64,000 bases of DNA from an uncultured Actinomycetes bacterium (lineage in GTDB: Bacteria; Actinomycetota; Acidimicrobiia; IMCC26256; PALSA-555), in assembly GCA_963821325.1 (NCBI GenBank), contig CAWGDC010000004.1:15462-79461 (forward strand), given 5' to 3'. Positions 52,506 to 62,055 of the stretch are shown here, one piece after another. The translations under genes were made by a program, and so were the position numbers. A model generated the notes under the pieces. That model searched no databases, had not been told where the DNA came from, and saw only the letters and a program-made list of their open reading frames with translations. Each line of letters starts with the position of its first letter. Position 1 is the stretch's first letter.

Positions 52506-53192
52506 TCAGGTCGCGGCGAGTAGCCCGCTCAGCTCGTCGCTCTTGATCCGGCGGAACGCGCGGCGGGGGCGATGTCGGTCCAGGATCGCGACCTCGAGCT
52601 GCTCCGCGGGGAGGGACGCGCCGTCGGCGCCGGCGAGCACCGACGCGCCGAGGCGCAGCGCGGCGCCGAGGTCCAGGCCGGGCTGGTAGCGCTCCTCGAG
52701 CACGGTGGCGACCGCGTCGGCCTGGCCGCCGAGGACGGTAAATCCCGCCTTGTCCATCACGACGCCGTCGTAGAGGATGACGAACATCTCGTCGTCGTCG
52801 GCGTCGGCGCCGACCTGCGCGACGAGGATCTCCACCTCGTAGGGCTTCAGCTCGTGGGTGAACACCTGCCCGAGGGTCTGCGCGTACGCGTTGGCGAGGG
52901 ATCGGGCGTTCACGTCCTCGCGGGCGAACGAGTAGCCCTTCACGTCGGCCTGGCGGACCCCGGCGATGCGCAGCATCTCGAACTCGTTGTACTTCCCGAC
53001 GCCCGCGAACGCGATGCGGTCGTAGATCTCGCTGATCTTGTACAGGGTGCGGGACTGGTTCTCGGCGACCATCACGATCCCGTCGGCGGCGCTCATCGCG
53101 ACGAGGCTGCGACCCCGGGCGATGCCCTTGCGGGCGTAGTCCGCCCGGTCCTTCATCACCTGCTCGGGCGGGACGTAGAACGGCATCGTCAT
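52506..53192 (-). CDS. prcA: 20S proteasome alpha subunit
   Basis: MPFYV.PEQ.MKDRADYARKGIARG, KISEIYDRI, KPYEVE. Confidence 0.96.
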   Translation of the reverse strand: MTMPFYVPPEQVMKDRADYARKGIARGRSLVAMSAADGIVMVAENQSRTLYKISEIYDRIAFAGVGKYNEFEMLRIAGVRQADVKGYSFAREDVNARSLANAYAQTLGQVFTHELKPYEVEILVAQVGADADDDEMFVILYDGVVMDKAGFTVLGGQADAVATVLEERYQPGLDLGAALRLGASVLAGADGASLPAEQLEVAILDRHRPRRAFRRIKSDELSGLLAAT

Positions 53193-54001
53193 CAGTCGCC
53201 GCCCTCCTCGCGTCCCCCGATCAGCGCGTCGGCGCGGCGGGCGATCTCGTCGTCGTCGACGGGGGTGAAGCCGTCCGCGTCGATGACCGCGATCGTGGGG
53301 AAGATGCGCCGCACCAGGTCGGGGCCGCCGGTCGCCGCGTCCTCGTCGGCGGCGGCGAACAGGGCCCGCAGCGCGAGGTCGAGGGTGTCGGCCTGGCTGA
53401 GGTCCTCCCGCCACTGCGCCTTGATCCAGTTGCGGGCGTGGACCCCGCCGGAGCCGTTGGCCTGGAAGTCGAGCTCCTCGTACTTGCCGCCCGTCACGTC
53501 GAAGCTGAACACCCGGCCGCGGCGGCGACGCTCGTCGAAGCCGGCGAAGAGCGGCACGACCACGAAGCCCTGCATCGCCGCCGGCAGGTTGGCGCGCACC
53601 AGCTGGCCAAGCTGGTTCGCCTTCCCTTCGAGGGACAGCATCTCGCCTTCGATCTTCTCGTAGTGCTCGAGCTGGGTCTGGAAGAGCCGCACCAGCTCGA
53701 CGGCCGGGCCGGCGGTGCCGGCGATCGCCACGCCGGAGGTGTCGTCGGCGGGGAACACCTTCTCGATGCGGCGGCTCGCGATCGTGTACCCGGAGGTGGC
53801 GCGCCGGTCCCCGGCCATCACGACGCCGTCGGCGTGGCGGATCGCGAGGACGGTCGTGGCGGTCGGCGCGTCGAGCGTCCTCGCGTCACCGACGGGGGTC
53901 GTGTGGTCCGCGGGGGTGCCAACGCGTCGGAGCAGATCGGCGAACGACGGGCCCGGGTCGCGGCCGGCGGGGAACGTCGGTAACGGCGACTCACCGAGCA
54001 C
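53192..54001 (-). CDS. prcB: 20S proteasome beta subunit
   Basis: Propeptide then TTVLA (Thr1), AGDRRAT, LEHYEK.EG, GSG, ATGGPD; own -10 TAGGCT 6 nt before GTG. Confidence 0.96.
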   Translation of the reverse strand: MLGESPLPTFPAGRDPGPSFADLLRRVGTPADHTTPVGDARTLDAPTATTVLAIRHADGVVMAGDRRATSGYTIASRRIEKVFPADDTSGVAIAGTAGPAVELVRLFQTQLEHYEKIEGEMLSLEGKANQLGQLVRANLPAAMQGFVVVPLFAGFDERRRRGRVFSFDVTGGKYEELDFQANGSGGVHARNWIKAQWREDLSQADTLDLALRALFAAADEDAATGGPDLVRRIFPTIAVIDADGFTPVDDDEIARRADALIGGREEGGD

Positions 54002-54027
54002 CGAGCGAGCCTACACGGCACCCCTCA

Positions 54028-54050
54028 GCCGGCCACTGGCGGTGGCCGGC
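54028..54050 (-). terminator. GC-rich hairpin after the relic pup stop codon
   Basis: gccggccac-tggcg-gtggccggc perfect 9-bp stem; no U-tract. Confidence 0.4.
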
Positions 54051-54059
54051 GCGTGCCGC

Positions 54060-54092
54060 CTACCCGCCGCCCTTGTGTAGATACGACTTCAC
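54060..54092 (-). repeat. Decayed duplicate of the pup 3' end
   Basis: gtg aag tcg tat cta cac aag ggc ggc ggg tag = VKSYLHKGGG* versus pup VKSYVQKGGE*. Confidence 0.8.
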
Positions 54093-54147
54093 GAGAATGA
54101 CTCGCCGAGCACCACGCGCCGACACAAGCGGTTCTCTCCAAACCCGG

Positions 54148-54694
54148 TCAGCGAGGTTCAGACTCCTGCGTCTGCTCGCGTTCCCGGCGGACGATGTCCA
54201 GCCGGGCGAAGCCGCCAAGCGTGACATACTCCGCGGCTCGCAGCATGAGCTCCGGGTCGTCCTTCAGCTGCCCGATGGCGTTGTTGCACCGGACACAGAG
54301 AACTCCACGGACGGACTCCGCGACGTGGTCGACATGCATCGACCGGCCGTCTGCTGGCTGCTCGCCACAGATCGCGCAACCACCGTCCTGGGCGGCGAGG
54401 ATGTCGTTGTAGTCCTCAAACGTCATCCCGAACGTGCGGCGCAGGTGGAGGCGACGCATCTGGAGAGCGCGGCCCTCTCGGTTCTTGAGCCGGTACTGGC
54501 GCAAGCGGTCTGGATTATCTCTGTTCCAACGCTTGATATACGCCAGGCGCGCCTCACGGTTTCGGGCGTACCAGCCCTTCGCCGCGGGCTTTGAAGCAGC
54601 TCTTGCAATCGCCACGCAGACCGTCTTTGCAGCCCGCCGCCGCGTAGAACCCGCTCTCAGGCTTCAGCTCACCGCACTTCGTGCATCGCTTCAT
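54148..54694 (-). CDS. Endonuclease VII domain protein (putative homing endonuclease; 1-nt indel near 54590)
   Basis: N-terminal MKRCTKC...CKSC zinc finger; C-terminal Y..IL..Q.G.CAIC...HVDH..VRGVLC..CN.AIG...DD; less GC-rich than flanks. Confidence 0.88.
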
Positions 54695-54701
54695 GCGTGC
54701 A

Positions 54702-54723
54702 CATATACCGGTGGTGTGTGACA
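54702..54723 (-). promoter_or_regulatory. PafBC/RecA-NDp-like promoter (near match), leaderless
   Basis: TGTCAC-N10-TATATG-N7-ATG. Confidence 0.45.
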
Positions 54724-54755
54724 TTGACCGTCGCCACCGCGATGGTCAATGCACA
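54717..54755. terminator. Long hairpin immediately after pup stop
   Basis: tgtg-a-cattgacc-g-tcgc-cacc-gcga-t-ggtcaatg-caca. Confidence 0.5.
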
Positions 54756-54760
54756 AAATC

Positions 54761-54955
54761 CTATTCTCCGCCCTTCTGGACGTAGCTTTTTACAAAGTCC
54801 TCGGCGTTCACCTCGAGCACCTCGTCGATCTCGTCGAGGAGGTCGTCGAGCTCACCCTTGAGCTTCTCGCCGCGCTCGGATGGCGCTGGGAGCTCTTCGG
54901 TCTCCTCGACTCGCTCGGGGGGTGCGGGCCGCTGACGGCGCTGCTGTTCAGGCAT
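54761..54955 (-). CDS. pup: Prokaryotic ubiquitin-like protein Pup (GGE type, 64 aa)
   Basis: DDLLDEIDEVLEVNAEDFVKSYVQKGGE*; SD ggagg; follows dop. Confidence 0.97.
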   Translation of the reverse strand: MPEQQRRQRPAPPERVEETEELPAPSERGEKLKGELDDLLDEIDEVLEVNAEDFVKSYVQKGGE

Positions 54956-54975
54956 GGTGTCCTCCGGCGCCCAGG

Positions 54976-56481
54976 TTAGGACGAGAGCCGGGCGACGAGC
55001 GCCGCGGGCGTGTCGACGCTGGCGAACAGGGGCTCGACGTGGGCGCGGGTGCCGCGGAGCGGCTCCATCATGGGGATCCGCTTCAACGGGTCGCCGCCGA
55101 CGTCGAGGATGAGGCTGTCCCAGTTGGCGGCGACGACCGCCTCGGGCCAGCGGGCCAGGCACGTGCCGCGGAAGTAGGCGCGGGTCGACCCGGGCGGTTC
55201 GGTGATCGCGGCGAGCACGTCCGCCTCGTCGACGAGCCGCTCGACCGTGCCGGCGCGCACGAGCCGCTCGTAGAGCGAACGGTCGGGGCGCACGTCGTGG
55301 TACTGGAGGTCCAAGAGGGCGAGCTTCGGGTCGTTCCATTCGAGGCCGTCCCGGTCGACGTAGGCCTGGAGGAGGGTGCGCTTCGTCACCCAGTCGAGCT
55401 GGCCATCGAGGGCCTGCGGGTCGTGCTCGAGCGCGCCGAGGACGGCCTCCCAGCGGTCGAGCACCTGCGGGCCAACGGTCTCGCCGCCGCACGCGTCGAG
55501 GCCGGTCTCGTCGGCGTACTTGCGGGCCAGGCGCAGGAACTCCCACTGCAGCTCGACGGCGGTGACCCGGCTGCCGTCGGCGAGCTCGACGGTGGCGCGG
55601 CAGGTCGGGTCGTGCGAGACGATCCGCATCGCCGGGACGGGCCCGGCGAGGGACCACTCGCGGCGTGACCCGGCGCCCCCGTCGAGGAAGTCGTCCTCGA
55701 TCATGGCGAGCACGATCGCCGTCGTCCCGATCTTGAGGAACGTGGCGACCTCGCACAGGTTGGCGTCGCCGGCGATGACGTGGAGCCGCCGGTAGAGCTG
55801 CGGGTCGGCGTGCGGCTCGTCGCGGGTGTTCACGATCGGGCGCTTCAGTGTCGTCTCGAGGCCGACCTCCTCCTCGAAGAAGTCGGCGCGCGAGCTCAGC
55901 TGGTAGTCGACCGGCGCGGCGCCGTTCTCGGAGCCGACCTTCCCTGCGCCGGTGAACACCTGGCGGGTGGCGAACCAGGGCAGGAGGTAGCGGACCAGGC
56001 TCGAGAAGGGCACGGCGCGGTCCACGAGGTAGTTCTCGTGGCAGCCGTACGAGTTGCCTTTCCCATCGGAGTTGTTCTTGTAGACGACGATCGACTGGCC
56101 GGCGTCGAGGAGCCGGCCGGCGGCCTGCATGGACCGGGCCAGGACCCGCTCGCCGGCCTTGTCGGCGAGGACGAGCTCGAGCGCGTCGGCGCACTCGGGG
56201 GTCGAGTACTCGGGGTGGGCGTGGTCGACGTAGTAGCGGGCCCCGTTGGTGAGCACGGTGTTGACCAGGTGGGTCTCGATCTCGGAGGCCTGGCCGCCGT
56301 CCCGGCCCGACCCGCGGGCGTCGCGTCCGGGGCTCTCGTCCTCGAAGTCCCAGCCGACCTTGCGCTGCTCGACGTAGCTGTTGATGAGCACCGACGACGC
56401 GAGGACCGGGTTGGGGTCGGGGGTGCCGCGCAGCACGACGCCGTACTCGGTCTCGGTGCCGCACACCTTGGGGACTGCCAC
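54976..56481 (-). CDS. dop: Depupylase/deamidase Dop
   Basis: [58 protein letters not shown]. Confidence 0.96.
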   Translation of the reverse strand: MAVPKVCGTETEYGVVLRGTPDPNPVLASSVLINSYVEQRKVGWDFEDESPGRDARGSGRDGGQASEIETHLVNTVLTNGARYYVDHAHPEYSTPECADALELVLADKAGERVLARSMQAAGRLLDAGQSIVVYKNNSDGKGNSYGCHENYLVDRAVPFSSLVRYLLPWFATRQVFTGAGKVGSENGAAPVDYQLSSRADFFEEEVGLETTLKRPIVNTRDEPHADPQLYRRLHVIAGDANLCEVATFLKIGTTAIVLAMIEDDFLDGGAGSRREWSLAGPVPAMRIVSHDPTCRATVELADGSRVTAVELQWEFLRLARKYADETGLDACGGETVGPQVLDRWEAVLGALEHDPQALDGQLDWVTKRTLLQAYVDRDGLEWNDPKLALLDLQYHDVRPDRSLYERLVRAGTVERLVDEADVLAAITEPPGSTRAYFRGTCLARWPEAVVAANWDSLILDVGGDPLKRIPMMEPLRGTRAHVEPLFASVDTPAALVARLSS

Positions 56482-56518
56482 CGGTCCAGCCTACCGACGA
56501 CGCCCGACGGTCCTGGTG

Positions 56519-58273
56519 CTACAGGTACTGGCCGGTGGTGACCCGCTCGATCTGGCGGCCGCCGGTGGACTCGTCACCTTCGGCGAGGAGGGTGCGGACG
56601 AACACGATGCGCTCACCCTTCTTGCCGGAGATCTTCGCCCAGTCGTCGGGGTTCGTGGTGTTCGGCAAGTCCTCGTGCTCCCGGAACTCCTGGCGGATCG
56701 AGGCGAGGAGGTCGTCGGTGCAGATGCCGCGCGCGCCGCCTTCGATCTGGCGTTTGATCGACAGCTTCTTGGCCCGCCGCACGATGTTCTCGATCATGGC
56801 GCCCGACGCGAAGTCCTTGAAGTAGAGGATCTCCTTGTCGCCGTTCTGGTAGGTGACCTCAAGGAACTGGTTGTCGTCGTCCTCGCTGTACATCTGCTCG
56901 ACGGACGCGCCGATCATGGCGCTGACCGCCTCGGCGGCGGTCCCGTGCCCGGCGGTCTCGGCCTCGGCGATCGGGAGGCTGGCCGTGAGGTACTGGGAGA
57001 AGATCTGGCGGGCGCTGGCCTCGTCGGGCCGCTCGATCTTGATCTTCACGTCGAGGCGGCCCGGGCGCAGGATCGCCGGGTCGATGAGGTCCTCGCGGTT
57101 CGACGCGCCGATGACGATCACGTTCTTCAGGCTCTCCACGCCGTCGATCTCGGCGAGGAGCTGCGGCACGATCGTGCTCTCAATGTCGGACGAGATGCCG
57201 GTCCCGCGGGTGCGGAACAGCGAGTCCATCTCGTCGAAGAACACGATGACCGGGACACCCTCCTCGGACTTCTCGCGGGCGCGTTGGAAGATGAGACGGA
57301 TCTGGCGCTCGGTCTCCCCGACGTACTTGTTCAACAGCTCGGGGCCCTTGATGTTCAAGAAGTAGGAGCGCGACGACGCGTCGCCGGTCTTCTCGGCGAC
57401 CCGCTTCGCGAGCGAGTTCGCGACGGCCTTGGCGATGAGGGTCTTGCCGCAGCCGGGTGGCCCGTAGAGCAGGATGCCCTTCGGGGGCTGGAGCTGGTGC
57501 TCGTGGAACAGCTCGGCGTGCAGGTACGGCAACTCGACCGCGTCGCGGATCTGCTCGATCTGGTCGTCGAGACCACCGACGTCGGCGTAGGAGACGTCGG
57601 GGACCTCTTCGAGGACGAGCTCCTCGACCTCGGGGCGGGGCAGCCGCTCAACGACGAGGCCAGAGCGGAGGTCATAGAGCAGGTGGTCGCCGGCTCGCAG
57701 CTTCTGGCCCACCATCGCGCCGGCGAGCTCGCAGACGCGCTCCTCGTCGGCGCGGCCGACGACGAGGACCCGCTGCGGGTCGGCGAGCATCTCCTTGAGG
57801 ACCACGACCTCGCCGGCCACCTCGAGGCCCCGGGCGAGGACCACGTTCAGCGACTCGTTGAGCGCGACCTCCTGGCCCCGCTCGAGGGACTCGACGTCGA
57901 CCTCGGGGTGCACCGAGACGCGCATCTTGCGCCCGGCGGTGAAGATGTCGACGGTGCCGTCGTCGTTGGCGCCGAGGAACGCCCCGTACGCCGAGGGCGG
58001 CATCGTGAGCTTCTCGACCTCCTCGCGCAGCGCCGCGATGTGCTCGCGGGCCTCGCGGAGGGTGGCGGAGAGCCGCTCGTTCTGGGAGACGGCCTGGGCG
58101 AGCTGGCCCTTCGTCTCGAGGAGCCGCTCCTCGAGGGTCCGCACCCGCTTCGGGGCGTCCTGGAGGCGCCGGCGGAGGATGACGATCTCCTCCTCGAGGG
58201 CCTTGAGCTGGGATTGCAGCTCGCCCACCTGCCGCTCATACTCGGCGAGGCGTCGCTCGTGCTCTGGGGCCAC
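56519..58273 (-). CDS. arc: Proteasome AAA ATPase ARC/Mpa
   Basis: Coiled coil, [24 protein letters not shown]-terminal GQYL HbYX motif. Confidence 0.97.
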   Translation of the reverse strand: MAPEHERRLAEYERQVGELQSQLKALEEEIVILRRRLQDAPKRVRTLEERLLETKGQLAQAVSQNERLSATLREAREHIAALREEVEKLTMPPSAYGAFLGANDDGTVDIFTAGRKMRVSVHPEVDVESLERGQEVALNESLNVVLARGLEVAGEVVVLKEMLADPQRVLVVGRADEERVCELAGAMVGQKLRAGDHLLYDLRSGLVVERLPRPEVEELVLEEVPDVSYADVGGLDDQIEQIRDAVELPYLHAELFHEHQLQPPKGILLYGPPGCGKTLIAKAVANSLAKRVAEKTGDASSRSYFLNIKGPELLNKYVGETERQIRLIFQRAREKSEEGVPVIVFFDEMDSLFRTRGTGISSDIESTIVPQLLAEIDGVESLKNVIVIGASNREDLIDPAILRPGRLDVKIKIERPDEASARQIFSQYLTASLPIAEAETAGHGTAAEAVSAMIGASVEQMYSEDDDNQFLEVTYQNGDKEILYFKDFASGAMIENIVRRAKKLSIKRQIEGGARGICTDDLLASIRQEFREHEDLPNTTNPDDWAKISGKKGERIVFVRTLLAEGDESTGGRQIERVTTGQYL

Positions 58274-58465
58274 GTGCCACCTCCTCCCGATGCTCGAAGC
58301 AGTCCGGGACTCGGCCGGACCTTACACGGCTGATTCCAGCGCACTGGGGCATCACCGCACCACGAAATTTACCCCGTCTACGCTTGAGAAATCGGCGGCG
58401 AATCGGGTACGCTCGATCCGTAGCTCCCAGAAGGAGCCGAAGCACCAAGCGAGGAGCCCCACGCG

Positions 58466-58702
58466 ATGAAGGTCTGGATCGATCAGGACCTCTGCACCGG
58501 CGACGGTCTCTGCGAGGAGATCGCCCCCGACGTGTTCACGCTGCTCGACGACGGTCTCGCCTACGTCAAAGAGGCCGGGAAGGTCTTCAGCGACCCGGGT
58601 GGCGCTGAAGGGCTGGCCGCCGTGCCGGGTGGGCTCGACGAAGCGGTGATCGAAGCCGCTGAGGAGTGCCCCGGCGAGTGCATCTTCATCGAAGTCGACT
58701 GA
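58466..58702 (+). CDS. Ferredoxin
   Basis: CTGDGLC ... CPGECI; SD aggag. Confidence 0.93.
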   Translation: MKVWIDQDLCTGDGLCEEIAPDVFTLLDDGLAYVKEAGKVFSDPGGAEGLAAVPGGLDEAVIEAAEECPGECIFIEVD

Positions 58703-58757
58703 CCCGTTTCCCGCGGTTGGTTGCTCGGCGCGGGCGTGACGCCCGGGCGATGTCGCG

Positions 58758-59933
58758 TCACCCGTCGAGACAGGTGCCGGTGTTCACCGGCGCGGTCGTC
58801 CCGCTCGTCAGCACCGGTCGCAGCACCGCGTTGACCTCGTCGGTGGCCAGCGCGTAGGCGGTCGACGCCGCGCCCGGGTCGATGGCGAACGCGAGCCCGG
58901 CGACCTGGCCCCGGTCGTTCACGAGTGGGCTCCCCGAGTTGCCGGGCACCAGCTTCGCGGCGAGGACGAGCACGTCGCGTTGCGTCGGGGCCTGGTGGTA
59001 GATGTCGCTGCCCTGCGCCTCGATGCGCTCTGCGACGCGCGCGGGGGCCTCGCCCTCGGCGCCGCCCCCCGGATAGCCGAACACACCGCCGAGGTCGCCG
59101 ACCTGCGCGTCGGCGATGACGAGCGGCGCGACGGGGATGCTCGGAATGCGCAGGATCGCCACGTCGCGGTTCGGGTCGAACGCGACGACCGTCGCGTTCA
59201 GCCGGCCGATGTTCGGGACGAGCACGGTGGTGGCGCTCTCCCCCGCCACGACGTGGGCGTTCGTGACGATGACACCCCGGGCCACGAGGACGCCGCTGCC
59301 GTCCTGGATCACGTCGCAGGCCTGCCCCTCGACCTTCACGACCGCGTTCGCGACTGGGGTGACGAGGGGCGCGGGGATGCCCTGCCCGGGGGGTGCGCCG
59401 ACGTCGGAGGACGTGAGGCTGCGGAACACCTCGGGGAACGGCGCGGCGCCGACCAGGCGCCCGAGCGCCGACAGCGTCGACGGGGGCGACGGCGCGACCC
59501 GATCGATCTCGCGCACGATCGCCGAGCCGCGCACCGCGCGGGCCGGCCAGCCGGGCGCGTTCGAGAGCCCGGGGATGAGGAGCCAGACGACCACGAGGAC
59601 GCCGAGCACGCCCGCGACCCCACCCGCGACCCGGTCGGCGAGGCGCAGCCCGCCGACGCGCGGGATGTGGCGGCGCAGCACGGACCCAAGCGCGATCCCG
59701 AGGCTCTGCCCGGCGATCGCGACGAGCAGCAAGAAGGCGAGCGACGCCAGCAGCTTCGTGCGGGGCGTCGAGCCGTGCAGGGTGCGCGCCACGCTGTCGA
59801 CGAACTCGCCGCCGACGACGAGGCCGAGCACCAGCCCGACCCACGACAGGGCCCGCGCCGCGAGCCCGAACCGGTACCCGCTGTAGGCGGCGAGGAGCAG
59901 CGCGGCGGCGAGGAACAGGTCGAGGAGGTTCAC
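58758..59933 (-). CDS. MarP-family membrane serine protease (CvpA + trypsin domain)
   Basis: N-terminal TMs, TNAHVV, DVAIL, PGNSGSPL. Confidence 0.9.
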   Translation of the reverse strand: MNLLDLFLAAALLLAAYSGYRFGLAARALSWVGLVLGLVVGGEFVDSVARTLHGSTPRTKLLASLAFLLLVAIAGQSLGIALGSVLRRHIPRVGGLRLADRVAGGVAGVLGVLVVVWLLIPGLSNAPGWPARAVRGSAIVREIDRVAPSPPSTLSALGRLVGAAPFPEVFRSLTSSDVGAPPGQGIPAPLVTPVANAVVKVEGQACDVIQDGSGVLVARGVIVTNAHVVAGESATTVLVPNIGRLNATVVAFDPNRDVAILRIPSIPVAPLVIADAQVGDLGGVFGYPGGGAEGEAPARVAERIEAQGSDIYHQAPTQRDVLVLAAKLVPGNSGSPLVNDRGQVAGLAFAIDPGAASTAYALATDEVNAVLRPVLTSGTTAPVNTGTCLDG

Positions 59934-60712
59934 GCCGTCGCCGCGAGCAGCCGGGCGCAGGTGAGGAACCCGGTGTGGGCGACCATGCGGTGGTCGGGGC
60001 GCACCGACTGCCCGTCGATGTGCCAGCCGCGCTGCAGCACCTCGAGCGTCTGGGCCATGCCGAACGCTGAGCGGGCGAGCTCCTCGCGCAGCCGGGCGAC
60101 CTGCCCGATGGTCGGCAGGTACGCGAGGACGATGCCGCCGGGGCGCATCGCCGCCTCGGCGTGCGCGACGAGCTGCCACGGCTCGGGGAGGTCCAGCACG
60201 ATCCGGTCGAGGCCGGTCTCGTCGATCCCCTCGTAGGCGTCGCGCACCTCGATCCGGAGGGGCAGGTCCGCGCCGAGGAGCGCCTCGACGTTGCGGCGGG
60301 CGCGGGTCGCGAAGTCCTCGCGCAACTCGTAGCCCGTGACGTACCCGCCCGGGCCGACGGCGCGCAGCAGCGTCATGGTGAGCGCGCCCGAGCCGACACC
60401 GGACTCGAGGACGCGTGCGCCGGGGAAGATGTCGGCGAGGAGGAGGATCGGGCCGAGGTCCTTCGGGTAGATCACCTGCGCGCCCCGTGGCATCTCGAGG
60501 ACGTACTCGCCGAGCGTCGGGCGGACGGCGACGAGCCGCGCGCCGAGGGTGGTGAGGACGGTCACGCCCTCCTCGCGGCCGAGCACGTCGGCGTGGCGGA
60601 GCACCCCGGCGTGGGAGTGGAACTCCCCGCCGGGCTCGAGGGTGACGAGATGCCGTCGCCGCTTGGTGTCGAGGAGCAGCACCAGGTCGCCCGGCGCGAA
60701 CGGTCGGGTCAC
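59930..60712 (-). CDS. trmI: tRNA (adenine58-N1)-methyltransferase
   Basis: MPRGAQVIYPKD, VLESGVGSGALT, LDLPEPW, VRP.HRMVAHTGFL. Confidence 0.94.
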   Translation of the reverse strand: MTRPFAPGDLVLLLDTKRRRHLVTLEPGGEFHSHAGVLRHADVLGREEGVTVLTTLGARLVAVRPTLGEYVLEMPRGAQVIYPKDLGPILLLADIFPGARVLESGVGSGALTMTLLRAVGPGGYVTGYELREDFATRARRNVEALLGADLPLRIEVRDAYEGIDETGLDRIVLDLPEPWQLVAHAEAAMRPGGIVLAYLPTIGQVARLREELARSAFGMAQTLEVLQRGWHIDGQSVRPDHRMVAHTGFLTCARLLAATA

Positions 60713-61611
60713 GGCCGCTCGGCGACGCGGACCCGGAGGCGGCAGAAGGCGCACACCTCGCCGGGGGTCGGGGCGCCGCACGTCGCGCACGGCTGCAGCG
60801 GCGTCGCCGTGTCGTCCCCGGTGAAACGCGTCTGGCCCCGGGCGAAGAACCCGTGCACGAACGCGGCCTTCGTGCCCGGCGACCGGTGCTCGAGCCCGTT
60901 CAGCACCTCCTTGTAGGCGAGGTGGCGGTTCCCGGACGCGAGGGGGCACTCCTCGACCTGATAGTCGATCCTGCGGATCACGCAGTAGGCGGCCAGCTCG
61001 CGCTCCCCCAGCCGGACCAGGGGCTTGACCTTGCGGGCGAAGCCCGGGCCGGCGGGCAGCACCGGCTGCTGGCGGCCGAGGTAGCCGGTCTCCCAGCGCA
61101 ACACGTTGCCGAGCAGCACCGCCGCCTCGTCGTCGAGGTTGTGACCGGTGGCGACAACGTCGTAGCCGTGCTCGACCGCGTACCGGTTGAACAGGTGCCG
61201 CTTCGAGAGCCCGCACGCGCTGCAGGGCACCCGGTGCGTCGCCGCCGCCGCGTCGGGGATGGTGAAGCCGAGGTCGGCGTCGAGGTCCACCTCGTGCAGC
61301 GTCGCGCCCCGCGCCGACGTGTACGTGCGGGCGGCGCGGGTCGACTCGGTGGAGTAGTCGCCGATGCCGAGCCGGAGGTGGAGGCCGTCGGCGGGGACGT
61401 CGAGGCCGGCGAGCAGGTCCCAGAGGGCGAGCGAGTCCTTGCCGCCGGACACGGCGACGAGCACCCGGTCGTCAGGGCTGAGCATGTCATGCTCGGTGAT
61501 CGCCCGGCGGACCTGGTCGCGGCAGTGCACCGTGAAGTGATCGGGGCAGAACGCCGCGTTGTGGCGCCGCACGTCGATGACGGCCGGCCCGCGACAGACG
61601 GTGCACTTCAC
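60709..61611 (-). CDS. ttuA: TtuA/Ncs6-type tRNA 2-thiolation protein
   Basis: N-terminal CxxC..C..H zinc finger, SGGKDS PP-loop, CSACG, TGHNLDD, ECP, C-terminal CxxC..CxxC. Confidence 0.82.
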   Translation of the reverse strand: MKCTVCRGPAVIDVRRHNAAFCPDHFTVHCRDQVRRAITEHDMLSPDDRVLVAVSGGKDSLALWDLLAGLDVPADGLHLRLGIGDYSTESTRAARTYTSARGATLHEVDLDADLGFTIPDAAAATHRVPCSACGLSKRHLFNRYAVEHGYDVVATGHNLDDEAAVLLGNVLRWETGYLGRQQPVLPAGPGFARKVKPLVRLGERELAAYCVIRRIDYQVEECPLASGNRHLAYKEVLNGLEHRSPGTKAAFVHGFFARGQTRFTGDDTATPLQPCATCGAPTPGEVCAFCRLRVRVAERP

Positions 61612-61814
61612 CGGGTGGGCGCTCCCCCGGACGTGACCGGGCGGATCTCGACGGTGGCGGCGTCGTCGAGGCGGGCGTCGCGGGCGACGAGCTCGTCGCC
61701 GGCGATGACGAGCACCGCCTCGGGGCTGAGCTCGAGGCGTTGGAGCAGCGCGGTGACGGTGATCGGCCCGGCGACGTCGAGCTCGCGGCGCGGGTTGCGG
61801 AGCAGGACCTTCAT
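61608..61814 (-). CDS. MoaD/ThiS/TtuB-like sulfur carrier with extension after GG
   Basis: Beta-grasp pattern ending VEIRPVTSGG-APTR*; coupled to ttuA. Confidence 0.85.
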   Translation of the reverse strand: MKVLLRNPRRELDVAGPITVTALLQRLELSPEAVLVIAGDELVARDARLDDAATVEIRPVTSGGAPTR

Positions 61815-61851
61815 CGGGGCATCCAGGGTACCGGTGCCCGTGTTCGGCGGG

Positions 61852-62055
61852 TCAGCGGCCGGGCGGGTCGACGACGCGCACCTCGAGGGCGTCGCCGCTG
61901 CGCAGCTCGACGCTGGCCCGCACCTCACGCTCGCGGAGCAGGCGCGCCGCGACGCGCAGCGTGGTGATCCCGACGGCGACGGTGAGCCACCCCGTGGACC
62001 CCTCGCGGAGGCCGCGCCGCCAGCCCGTCCGCGCGAGCCGGCTCAGCAGGCTCAT
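61852..62055 (-). CDS. Small hypothetical protein
   Basis: 67 aa; start overlaps upstream stop. Confidence 0.6.
   Translation of the reverse strand: MSLLSRLARTGWRRGLREGSTGWLTVAVGITTLRVAARLLREREVRASVELRSGDALEVRVVDPPGR

Noticed and set aside
54093-54760. Group I intron or intein explanation for the EndoVII insert
   Set aside because: pup is complete with its own stop before the insert, the downstream copy is decayed, and I see no intron core or intein motifs.
54761-56464. 567-aa ORF ending in the Pup sequence (apparent giant Pup fusion)
   Set aside because: It is an off-frame shadow of dop; pup has its own SD and ATG at 54955.
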